The notes beneath the pieces were generated by a model that had not been told where the DNA came from, ran no database searches, and saw only the letters and a list, made by a program, of their open reading frames with translations. The translations under genes were made by a program, and so were the position numbers. Shown piece after piece: positions 50,148 through 60,967 of a stretch of DNA of 64,000 nt; within the stretch, counting starts at the first letter, position 1; each line of letters starts with the position of its first letter. This DNA comes from an uncultured bacterium (GTDB lineage Bacteria > Krumholzibacteriota > Krumholzibacteriia > LZORAL124-64-63), in contig CAVSGO010000007.1 of assembly GCA_963727525.1 (NCBI GenBank), forward strand, positions 320,001-384,000, written 5' to 3'.

Positions 50148-51374
50148 TCAGACCGCGCCCGGCCCACCCGCATGGGCGCGCTCCACGGTCTCGTAGTAGT
50201 CGATGATCTGCCGCACGTAGTTCCGTTTCTCCATGTACGAACCGGGGAAGAAGCTACGCTTGAAGCCGTAGATCACCAGATTCTTGAGCACATGAGGGTC
50301 GAGGGCGAATCCCTCGACGGCCAGCATGATTTCCTGCGTGACCGTGGTGTTGGACATCAGGCGATTGTCCGTGCACAGGGTGATCGACAGGCGGCGTTCG
50401 AGCATCCTGCGCAGCATGTGGTTGGCGACCGTACCGATGGAGGGATTCGTCTGCAGGTTGCTGGTCAGGCACACCTCGAGGGTAATGCGCCGGTCGGCGA
50501 TGTACTCGGCGAGATCGCGCACATAGGCCTCGCGATCGGCCACCTTGCCGCCCACGATCAGCTCGGCGCTGAACAGGTGGTAACCGTGTCCGATGCGGTC
50601 GGCGTGCAGGGCGGTGATGGCCTGGAAGATCGACTCCGGACCGTAGGCCTCGCCTGCGTGCACCGTCTTCTTGAGAAAGTGGCGGTGGGCATAGCGGTAG
50701 GCCTCCACGTGGTCGATGGCGGGGTAGCCATTCTCCTGGCCGGCCAGGTCGAAGCCGACGATGGGCACCCCATGCTCGTCGCGGATGCGCACGGCGGCGC
50801 GCGCCAGTTCGAGCGAGGCGAGCCCGGTGACCTGGTTGCGTGGCGATTCGCGGTGGACGGAGAGGATCTGCCCGAAGTACGGCGCTGAGGTCTCGGTGAA
50901 CATGCGCATGGCGCAGACGATGAGTCCGTAGTGGAAGGGCGGCTCGTGGCCGTCGCGCACGGCGGGCAGCCGGTCGTGCTCGGCCTTGGCGCGCCGCAGG
51001 CCGCGGTCCACCGCCTGGCAGACCGCGAGCATGTCGAGGTCGCCGTTCACGTGGAGCTGCGGGGCGAAGCGCACCTCGATGTACCGGACGCCCTCGGCGA
51101 GGTTGTCCAGCGCCAGTTCGTAGGCGGCGCGTTCGAGCGCCTCGGAGTCCTGGAGCACGGCAACGGTGTAGCGGAACCCCTCCAGGTACTCCGCGAGGCT
51201 GCCGTATCGGTCCTTGAACACGAGATCGCGCAAGCCCTCCGCCGAGGTCGCCGGTAGGGCGATCCCGCGCTCTCTGGCGAGCTCGATCAGCGTGGACAGG
51301 CGCAGCGACCCGTCGAGGTGGACGTGCAGGTCGGTCTTGGGCAAAGCCTTGACGAGGGACGCAGTGAGGGGCAC
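50148..51374 (-). CDS. add: Adenosine deaminase family protein
   Basis: LPKTDLHVHLDGS, YIEVRFAPQLH, GFDLAG, TVHAGE, RIGHG, LEVCLTSN, LCTDN; GTG start after AAGGAGA. Confidence 0.9.
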   Translation of the reverse strand: MPLTASLVKALPKTDLHVHLDGSLRLSTLIELARERGIALPATSAEGLRDLVFKDRYGSLAEYLEGFRYTVAVLQDSEALERAAYELALDNLAEGVRYIEVRFAPQLHVNGDLDMLAVCQAVDRGLRRAKAEHDRLPAVRDGHEPPFHYGLIVCAMRMFTETSAPYFGQILSVHRESPRNQVTGLASLELARAAVRIRDEHGVPIVGFDLAGQENGYPAIDHVEAYRYAHRHFLKKTVHAGEAYGPESIFQAITALHADRIGHGYHLFSAELIVGGKVADREAYVRDLAEYIADRRITLEVCLTSNLQTNPSIGTVANHMLRRMLERRLSITLCTDNRLMSNTTVTQEIMLAVEGFALDPHVLKNLVIYGFKRSFFPGSYMEKRNYVRQIIDYYETVERAHAGGPGAV

Positions 51375-51549
51375 GGTCGATCTCCTTGCCGAGAGTCCTG
51401 AGAATCGTGGCATCAAGTTGCCACCGACGGGAACGGCGCGCAACCTTGCATTCGGTGGCGCCGGGTTGCGGTGGTGGCGAGTTCTGTCCATCTTACGGCG
51501 CTGCCTGCCAGGTGGAAGTCAGACCATGGACGCCAGTCCAGGGAGCCCC

Positions 51550-53364
<1,815 letters not shown>

Positions 53365-53430
53365 GCCCCGTGGGCGGCGTTTCGTCGCTGAAAATCGTCT
53401 TCACCATCCCTATTCCCACCGGCATTGCTC

Positions 53431-53499
53431 TGTGATATGATCACGACAATATGACGCGCTGTGATCAATTGGTGTTACGATCGTGACACTTTCGTGACA
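53431..53499. promoter_or_regulatory. AT-rich cluster of operator-like sites upstream of the S8 protease gene
   Basis: GTGAT-ATG-ATCAC (53432-53444), near-palindrome TGTTACGATCGTGACA (53473-53488), direct repeat TCGTGACA at 53481 and 53492. Confidence 0.4.
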
Positions 53500-53566
53500 T
53501 TGCATGATCTCGCGCGCATTGGCACGTGAGCCACCACGCGGGTTGCGTCCGAAAGGGGAATCGCTC

Positions 53567-56500
53567 ATGAGAATGGTCAAGGCCATCACGCTCCTCACCT
53601 TGCTGGTTCTGGTCGGCCAGACGGCACTGGCGGGGACATTCTCTCCTGGACTGGAGAAACAGGTCCGGAACCTTCGCGGCAGCGACGAGATCAAGGTGCT
53701 CGTCGTCCTGCGCGACCAGGCGGACATCGCTACCCTGAACCACGACCTCCACGTCAGCAAGGCCACGCGGATGGTGCGGCACGCGACTGTCATGGGCGTG
53801 CTCCAGGATACCGCCGATCGTAGCCAGGGTGCGCTGCTGAGCGACCTCGCGGCGCACAAGGCGGCGGGCGGCATCGTCGGCTACACGCCGCACTGGCTTG
53901 TCAACGCGGTGGTGGTGCGCGGCACGGTCGACGCGCTGCGGGAGATCGCCGCGCGTGCCGACGTCGAGACCATCGAGCCCGACCTGCAGGTCGAGCTGAT
54001 CGAACCGATCCCCTCCGAGAAACCGCATCCTTCCAGCCCGCTACTGGGCATCGGCACCACGCCCGGCGTCCAGTCCATCAACGCGCCGCGCGTGTGGAAC
54101 GAGCTGGGCATCAACGGCACCGGCGTCATCGTGGGCGAGCTGGACACGGGTGTCGACGGCAACCACCCCGCGCTGGCCGCGCGCTGGCAGGGAAACTTCG
54201 CCGATCCGAGCACCGCGTGGTACGACGCTGCCAACCTCGGCGACCCCAGCTTTCCCGTCGATCGCCACTACCACGGCACGCACACGATGGGCACCGTCAC
54301 CGGTCTTGCGCCGGACGACACCATCGGCGTGGCTCCGGGGGCGCACTGGATCGCCACCAATTGCATCAACATGAGCACGGGCCCGGAATTCGACAACGCG
54401 GTCATCGCGTCGTTCGAGTTCATGGCCGACCCCGACGGCGACCCCAACACCACGGCTGACGTGCCCTGCGTCGTCCAGAATAGCTGGGGCGTCAACGAGG
54501 GCTTCACGGGCTATTTCGATTGCGACAGCCGCTGGTGGGCCGCCATCGACAACTGTGAGGCCGCCGGCGTGTGCGTGACCTGGTCGGCCGGTAACGAGGG
54601 GCCGGGCGGCACCTCGCTGCGTTCGCCCGCCGATCGCGCCGAGACGCCGTACAACTGCTTCAGCGTGGGCGCGACCATCACCACCGCCCCCTTCACCATC
54701 GCCGACTTCTCCAGCCGCGGTCCCAGCGGTTGCGGCGGCGCCTTCGCCACCAAGCCCGAGGTTTCCGCGCCCGGCGTGGACGTGTACAGCGCCGAGCCGG
54801 GCGGCGGCTACCAGTACCTCAGCGGTACGTCGATGGCGGGTCCGCACGTGGCCGGCATCGTGGCCCTGATGTGCTCGGCGAACCCCGACCTCGACGTCGA
54901 CACCATCAAGCAGGTGCTCATGGACACGGCCCACGACCTGGGCACGCCCGGTGAGGACAACACCTACGGCTGGGGCTTCGTCGACGCCTACGACGCCGTG
55001 CTGGCCGTGATCAGCGGCTACGGCCGTGCGCAGGGTGTCATCTCCGACGCCAGCACCGGCAATCCCATCGCCGGGGCCACCGTGAGCGTCGACGGCCGTC
55101 CGAACTTCACGACGACCCAGGCCGACGGCTCCTATTTCCTCATGCTCCCGGCCGATTCCTACACGTTCCGCGTCAACGCGTTCGGCTACGCCGAGGGCAC
55201 CATCAACGTGACCGTGCTCGCGGACGATGTCGTGGACGCCTCGGGCCAGCTCACCGCGCTGCCGTCGGCCATGATCTCGGGCCGCGTCTACGACTACACC
55301 GGCGCCCTCGTCCCCGGTGCGACGGTACGCGCCCTCGACACGCCGGTTCCCGCCGCCGTGGCCGATGGCAGCGGGTTCTACTCGCTGTCATTGCCGATCG
55401 GTGCGACCTACGACCTCGTGGGCCGTGCCGTTGGCTTCGGCGCGCAGCTGCAGACCGTCAACCTCACGGGCAACCTGACGCTCGACTTCACGCTGCCCGA
55501 GCTGACGGCCGAGGACTTCGAGACCGGCGACTTCCTGCAGTATCCGTGGGAGATGAGCGGGAACGCGCCGTGGGTCACGACCACGAACGATCCCTACGAG
55601 GGCACCTACTGCGCCATGAGCGGCGACATCAACGACAGCCAGTCCTCGACCATGTCCGTCACGGTCGACATCCTGGCGCCGCAGGATCTGACCTTCGCCT
55701 ACAAGGTGTCGTCCGAGGCCACCTACGACTTCCTGCGCTTCTTCGACAACGGCACCGAGATCGTGAACTGGTCGGGCACGGTGCCCTGGGCCGTGTACAC
55801 CTACGCGGCCACGGCGGGTATCCACACCTTCCAGTGGTCGTACACGAAGGACGGGAGCTTGTCGACCGGCGACGATGCCGGCTACGTCGACTTCATCGAG
55901 TTCCCGACGCTGGGCGAGGCGCAGCTGGTCATGGACACCAGCGGTTTCGACGTGACGGCGGCGCCGGGCTCGGTGGTGCAGCGGACGCTCGACATCGGCA
56001 ACGCCGGTGACGGTACCCTCACCTATCTGTTCACGACGCAGTACGATCCGCAGGGCGTGCCGGACCGTGTGGCGGACGTGCCCTTCCATGAGGTCGAGAA
56101 GGGCAAGGACGATCCCAACAGCGGCACGTCGCCCGTCGCGAACTTCGGCGGGCCGGACGGCTTCGGCTACTCCTGGATCGACTCCAACGAGCCGAACGGG
56201 CCGGTCTTCGACTGGGTCGACATCACCGGCGTCGGGACCAACCCGGGCGGCGGGGACGACAGCAACTACGGTCCGTTCAACCTGGGCTTCGACTTCCCGT
56301 TCTACGGCCAGGCCTACTCGTCGGTGCGCGTGTGCACCAACGGCTTTATCTCGTTCACCTCGACGGTGGCGACCTACACCAACCAGGCGATCCCGCTGAC
56401 GGACGAGCCGAACTGCCTGATCGCCCCGTTCTGGGACGATCTCAACCTGAACAACGCCGGCACGATGTATTACTACGCGGACACGGCGAACTCACGCTTC

Positions 56501-57220
56501 ATCGTGGAATGGGCGGGCGTGGATCACTACAACCCCATCGGCAATCCGGAGACCTTCGAGGTCATCCTCAACGCCGACGGGTCGATCGTCTACCAGTACG
56601 CCACGGTGGCGGTCGGCAATAGCTGCACGATCGGCATCGAGAACGCCGACGGCACCGACGGTCTGCAGGCGGTGTACAACGCGGATTACGTCACCAGCGG
56701 CATGGCGATCCGCTTCGCGGTGGATCCCACGCTGCGCTGGCTGAGCGTGAGTCCGGTGTCCGGCAGTGTTCCGGCCGGCGGCTCGACCCAGGTCACCCTC
56801 CAGTTCGATGCGACGGAACTGCCGGTGGGTGTGTACTCGGCGAACCTGCTGGTGGGAACCAATGACCAGGCCAACCGGCTCGTGACGCTTCCCGTCACGT
56901 TCTCCGTCGGCGACGCGACGGCGGTCACCGACGCATTGCCGCGCAGCCTGGTGTTCTCCGGCGCCGCGCCGAACCCGTTCAATCCCATGACTAGCCTCAA
57001 GTTCGCGTTGCCGCACAGCGCGCACGTGGATCTGAGGATCTACGACATCAGCGGCCGGCTGGTGCGCTCGCTCGTGAGCGACGTGCGGCCGGCGGGCGAC
57101 AACGAGGTGCAGTGGAACGGCACCGACGCGGCCGGTCGCGGCGTGGCGTCGGGCACGTACTACGCGCGCCTGACCTACGAGGGCACGGTGGCGACCCGGT
57201 CGCTCGTACTCGTGCGCTAG
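53567..57220 (+). CDS. Secreted subtilisin-like serine peptidase (S8, bacillopeptidase F-like) with carboxypeptidase-regulatory domains, nidogen-like domain and FlgD-Ig/T9SS-like CTD
   Basis: Catalytic triad LDTGV, HGTHTMG, SGTSMAGPHVAG; SAGNEG; IAPFWDDL; C-terminal PNPFNPMT...RSLVLVR. Confidence 0.93.
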   Translation: MRMVKAITLLTLLVLVGQTALAGTFSPGLEKQVRNLRGSDEIKVLVVLRDQADIATLNHDLHVSKATRMVRHATVMGVLQDTADRSQGALLSDLAAHKAAGGIVGYTPHWLVNAVVVRGTVDALREIAARADVETIEPDLQVELIEPIPSEKPHPSSPLLGIGTTPGVQSINAPRVWNELGINGTGVIVGELDTGVDGNHPALAARWQGNFADPSTAWYDAANLGDPSFPVDRHYHGTHTMGTVTGLAPDDTIGVAPGAHWIATNCINMSTGPEFDNAVIASFEFMADPDGDPNTTADVPCVVQNSWGVNEGFTGYFDCDSRWWAAIDNCEAAGVCVTWSAGNEGPGGTSLRSPADRAETPYNCFSVGATITTAPFTIADFSSRGPSGCGGAFATKPEVSAPGVDVYSAEPGGGYQYLSGTSMAGPHVAGIVALMCSANPDLDVDTIKQVLMDTAHDLGTPGEDNTYGWGFVDAYDAVLAVISGYGRAQGVISDASTGNPIAGATVSVDGRPNFTTTQADGSYFLMLPADSYTFRVNAFGYAEGTINVTVLADDVVDASGQLTALPSAMISGRVYDYTGALVPGATVRALDTPVPAAVADGSGFYSLSLPIGATYDLVGRAVGFGAQLQTVNLTGNLTLDFTLPELTAEDFETGDFLQYPWEMSGNAPWVTTTNDPYEGTYCAMSGDINDSQSSTMSVTVDILAPQDLTFAYKVSSEATYDFLRFFDNGTEIVNWSGTVPWAVYTYAATAGIHTFQWSYTKDGSLSTGDDAGYVDFIEFPTLGEAQLVMDTSGFDVTAAPGSVVQRTLDIGNAGDGTLTYLFTTQYDPQGVPDRVADVPFHEVEKGKDDPNSGTSPVANFGGPDGFGYSWIDSNEPNGPVFDWVDITGVGTNPGGGDDSNYGPFNLGFDFPFYGQAYSSVRVCTNGFISFTSTVATYTNQAIPLTDEPNCLIAPFWDDLNLNNAGTMYYYADTANSRFIVEWAGVDHYNPIGNPETFEVILNADGSIVYQYATVAVGNSCTIGIENADGTDGLQAVYNADYVTSGMAIRFAVDPTLRWLSVSPVSGSVPAGGSTQVTLQFDATELPVGVYSANLLVGTNDQANRLVTLPVTFSVGDATAVTDALPRSLVFSGAAPNPFNPMTSLKFALPHSAHVDLRIYDISGRLVRSLVSDVRPAGDNEVQWNGTDAAGRGVASGTYYARLTYEGTVATRSLVLVR

Positions 57221-57248
57221 TCGCACCGATCCTGTCTCCTCTCACGCG

Positions 57249-57280
57249 GCGGCCCCCGGGACATACCGGGGGCCGCTTTC
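57249..57280 (+). terminator. Intrinsic terminator after the S8 gene
   Basis: GCGGCCCCCGG-GACATA-CCGGGGGCCGC-TTTC. Confidence 0.7.
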
Positions 57281-57385
57281 TCGCCGCCAAGTCGCGCGGG
57301 CGGTGCAACTTCGGCGATCCTGTCGACGTATGCACGGTTCGTCGTCGCTCTCGGCACACGGAAACCGGAAACTGGAAGGACTCCC

Positions 57386-60300
57386 ATGCGTCGCGTTCAT
57401 GTTCTCGAATGGCGTTGGTCGCTACCGCTGGCCGCGCTCCTCGCCTTGCTGGTCTCCGCTGCCCACGCGGCCCCCGCCTACATCATGCAACCCGATCTGC
57501 AGGGCGACCGGCTCGTGTTCTGCGCCGAGTCGGACCTGTGGACCAGCACCGTCGAGGGGCGCGACGTGCGGCGCCTCACGACGCACGACGGCAACGAGTA
57601 CTTCCCCGCCTTCTCGCCCGACGGCTCGCGCATCGCGTTCACGGGCGAGTACGACGGTAACCGCGACGTCTACGTGATCCCCGCCGACGGCGGCGAGCCG
57701 CAGCGCCTCACCTGGCACCCCGGTTCCGACGAGGTGATCGGCTGGTGGCCCGACGGCAGCAAGATCATCTTCCGCAGCCAGCGCAGCGATCCCCTGCACA
57801 CCTGGCACCTGTTCACGGTGGCCGTGGCCGGGGGCGACCCGCAGGAACTGCCGCTGGGCTGGGCGAGCCGGCTCGACGTCGACCCGGCCACCGGGCGCTG
57901 GGCCTTCAACCGCAAGGACCGCGAGCGCGCCACCTGGAAGCGCTACCGTGGCGGCACGGCGGCCAACATCTGGGTGGGCGATCCCGGGCGCGCCGACTTC
58001 AAGCAGGTCACCGACTTCGCCGGCGGTGAGAACTTCCCAATGTGGCACGACGGCAAGATCGTCTTCCTGTGCGATCAGGGCGGCACGGCCGACCTGTGGC
58101 GCATCGCGGCCGACGGTTCGGGCCGTGAGCAGCTCACACACTACACCGACTGGGACATCTGCTGGCCGTCGATGGCGCCCGATGGGCGCGTGGTCTACAC
58201 GGTGGCGGCCGACGTCTACCTCTGGGACCCCGCCACGGGGAAGGACCACAAGATCGCCATCGACCTGCCGAGCGATCGCACGCTCACCCGCACGCGCTAC
58301 CCCAACCCCGACCAGTCGCTCACCGAGTTCGCCCTGGCGCCCGATGGCGAACGTCTGGCCGTCGTCACGCGCGGCGAGGTGTATTCCGTGGCCGTGGAGA
58401 AGGGCATCACCCTGCCGCTGACCCGGGGCACGGGCGCGCGGGAACGCGCGGTGGCCTTCGATCCCAAGGGGGAGAAGGTCGTCTACTTCACCGACGCCAC
58501 GCACGAGGAGGAGATCCGCACGCTCGACGCCTGGGGCCGCGGCGAGGCCGCGACGGTGCGCAAGATCGCGCCGGGGCCGTGGACCTACCAGCCGCTGTGG
58601 TCGCCCGACGGACAGTGGCTGGCCTGGGGCGATAGCGACTACCGCCTGTGGCTGATGCCCGCCAAGGGCGGCGACCCACGCGAGATCGACCGCGGCACCG
58701 AGGACGAGATCCGGCAGTACGCCTGGAGCCCCGATGGCCGCTGGCTCGCGTACACGAAGACGCTGCCGAACCAGTTCCAGACCATCTTCCTCTACGACAC
58801 GCAGAAGAAGTCGATCACGGCGGTGACCTCGCCCTACACGCAGGACTACTCGCCGGCCTGGGATCCCGACGGACGCTACCTCTACTTCGTCTCCTCGCGC
58901 GGCACGAATCCGCTGCTCGGTCAGACCGACTGGGACAACATCGAGGCCAAGAGCGACATGCTCTACCTGGTGCTGCTGCGCAAGGACGTCGACGATCCCC
59001 TGCAGGATCGCAATGGCCTGCCGCCGGTGGACGACGCGAAGAAGAAGGACGACAAGAAGAAGGACGACGACAAGAAGGCGGACGCTGCCGATGCGCCGCC
59101 CGAGCCGGTGGCGATCGATCTCGACGGCCTCGCCGACCGCGTGGTCGAGCTGCCGGTGCCGCGCGGCAACTACTACGGGCTGGCGGCCACGAGCACGCAT
59201 CTGTTCTACCTGGCCGGAACGCTGAAGGGTATGTCCGAGCAGCCGGGTCTGTTCGAGGAGGGCGGTCCCGACGGCACGCTCATGAGCTTCAGCCTCGACG
59301 ACCGCGAGGCCAAGCCCTTCGTCGAGGGCATGAGCAGCTACGACCTGCAGGCCAAGGCCGGCAAGGTGGCCGTGCAGAAGAAGCCGGGGGAGATCTACGT
59401 CGTCGACGCGGGTGCGCCTCCGGGTGGCGATCTCGGCGAGCGCAAGGTCGACCTCGGTAACGTGGTCGTGGAGCTGGACCCGCGCGAGGAGTGGGAGCAG
59501 GAGTACTGGGAGGCGTGGCGGCAGATGCGCGCCTTCTACTGGGATCCCAAGATGTCGGGCCTCGACTGGCCGGCCATCGGCAAGCAGTACGCCACGCTGC
59601 TGCCGCGCGTGGCCAGCCGCGCCGACCTGGGCGATCTCATCGGCCAGCTCTTCGGCGAGGTGAACACCAGCCACAGCTACGTGTGGGGCGGCGATCCCGG
59701 CGTGCACGTGGCCCACGTGGGCACGGGCCTGCTCGGCTGCGACCTCGTGCGCGAGGGCGACGCCTACAAGGTCACCCGGATCTACCGCGGCGATGCCGCC
59801 GACCGCGTGCGCTCGCCCCTCGACGAACCCGGCGTGGGCGTGAAGGAGGGACAGTACATCCTCGCGGTCGGTCGCGTCTCCACCGCGGGGGCGCCCTCCT
59901 TCCACGCCCTGCTCGCCAACCATGCCGGCAAGGAGATCCTGCTCACGGTGAACGACAAGCCCAGCCGCGAGGGCGCGCGCGACGTGCTCGTCACGCCTCT
60001 GCGCGGCGACAGCGATCTGCGCTACGCCGACTGGGTGCGCCGCAACCGCGAGTACGTGGCCGAGAAGACCGGCGGCAAGATCGGCTACCTCCACGTGCCT
60101 GACATGTGGACCGACGGTCTCGTGGCCTTCAACCGCTGGTTCTATCCGCAGCTCGACAAGGAGGGCCTCATCGTCGACGTGCGCTGGAACGGCGGCGGCG
60201 CCGTGAGCCAGATGCTCGTGGAGCGCCTGCAGCGCAAGCTGCTGAGCTTCGACCTCGCCCGTGGCGGGGCGATCAACACCTACCCGGCGCGCGTGCTCAA

Positions 60301-60703
60301 CGGTCCGTTCGTGGTGCTGACCAACGAGTTCGCCGGCAGCGACGGCGACATCTTCCCGCAAGCCGTCCAGATCGCCCACCTGGCGCCGGTGATCGGCATG
60401 CGCTCCTGGGGCGGCGTGATCGGCATCTCCGGCGTGCGGCCCCTGCAGGACGGCGGCATCGTCACCAACCCGGTGTCGGCCTGGTGGGACTTCAAGGACG
60501 GCTGGAACCTCGAGAACCGCGGCGTGATCCCCGACATCGAGGTGCAGAATCTGCCGCAGGACCTCGCGCGGGGCGTGGACACGCAGCTCGATCGCGGCAT
60601 CGCGGAGGTCATGAAGCTGCACGCCGAGCATCCGCCGCTGAAGCCGGGGTTCGGGAAGATCCGGGATCGCAGCCGGAGGGGGTTCGCTGGCGAGATCCGT
60701 TGA
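57386..60703 (+). CDS. Tricorn protease homolog (S41 family)
   Basis: Signal peptide; PD40 repeats (FSPDG, WSPDG); NTSH; PDZ region; IGYLHVPDM, LIVDVRWNGGG, AGSDGD (catalytic Ser), RSWGG, LENRGVIPDIEV. Confidence 0.95.
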   Translation: MRRVHVLEWRWSLPLAALLALLVSAAHAAPAYIMQPDLQGDRLVFCAESDLWTSTVEGRDVRRLTTHDGNEYFPAFSPDGSRIAFTGEYDGNRDVYVIPADGGEPQRLTWHPGSDEVIGWWPDGSKIIFRSQRSDPLHTWHLFTVAVAGGDPQELPLGWASRLDVDPATGRWAFNRKDRERATWKRYRGGTAANIWVGDPGRADFKQVTDFAGGENFPMWHDGKIVFLCDQGGTADLWRIAADGSGREQLTHYTDWDICWPSMAPDGRVVYTVAADVYLWDPATGKDHKIAIDLPSDRTLTRTRYPNPDQSLTEFALAPDGERLAVVTRGEVYSVAVEKGITLPLTRGTGARERAVAFDPKGEKVVYFTDATHEEEIRTLDAWGRGEAATVRKIAPGPWTYQPLWSPDGQWLAWGDSDYRLWLMPAKGGDPREIDRGTEDEIRQYAWSPDGRWLAYTKTLPNQFQTIFLYDTQKKSITAVTSPYTQDYSPAWDPDGRYLYFVSSRGTNPLLGQTDWDNIEAKSDMLYLVLLRKDVDDPLQDRNGLPPVDDAKKKDDKKKDDDKKADAADAPPEPVAIDLDGLADRVVELPVPRGNYYGLAATSTHLFYLAGTLKGMSEQPGLFEEGGPDGTLMSFSLDDREAKPFVEGMSSYDLQAKAGKVAVQKKPGEIYVVDAGAPPGGDLGERKVDLGNVVVELDPREEWEQEYWEAWRQMRAFYWDPKMSGLDWPAIGKQYATLLPRVASRADLGDLIGQLFGEVNTSHSYVWGGDPGVHVAHVGTGLLGCDLVREGDAYKVTRIYRGDAADRVRSPLDEPGVGVKEGQYILAVGRVSTAGAPSFHALLANHAGKEILLTVNDKPSREGARDVLVTPLRGDSDLRYADWVRRNREYVAEKTGGKIGYLHVPDMWTDGLVAFNRWFYPQLDKEGLIVDVRWNGGGAVSQMLVERLQRKLLSFDLARGGAINTYPARVLNGPFVVLTNEFAGSDGDIFPQAVQIAHLAPVIGMRSWGGVIGISGVRPLQDGGIVTNPVSAWWDFKDGWNLENRGVIPDIEVQNLPQDLARGVDTQLDRGIAEVMKLHAEHPPLKPGFGKIRDRSRRGFAGEIR

Positions 60704-60710
60704 GCGCTGG

Positions 60711-60806
60711 CTGACAGACCGGGTGATAGGAACATCCCGGGGAGCTCGGTCCTCGCAAAGCCTGCGGAGACGCTCCCCGGGATGTTCCTATCACCCGGTC
60801 TGTCAG
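60711..60806. repeat. 96-bp hairpin element, copy 1 (35-bp perfect inverted repeat, 26-nt loop)
   Basis: Arms 60711-60745 and 60772-60806 are exact reverse complements; loop TCGGTCCTCGCAAAGCCTGCGGAGAC. Confidence 0.9.
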
Positions 60807-60967
60807 GGAGCGTCAGGGGATCGCAGGTGAACGCGGAGGGGGGGTGGGGAGGAGGGTGGTCACGGGACCAGTGGTGCCGGCGCCAGGGGTGGGGTTGATC
60901 GGGGGGCAGGGAATCCGGACATTGAGGGAGGGGCGGCACCGGGGGCGAGAGGGCGAGGGAGAAGGCC

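Noticed and set aside
53520-53535. TTGGCACG upstream of the S8 gene as a sigma54 promoter
   Set aside because: No TTGC at the -12 position
59030-59085. Short AAG/GAC tandem-like repeats
   Set aside because: Encode a Lys/Asp low-complexity linker typical of tricorn-like proteases; not a CRISPR or VNTR
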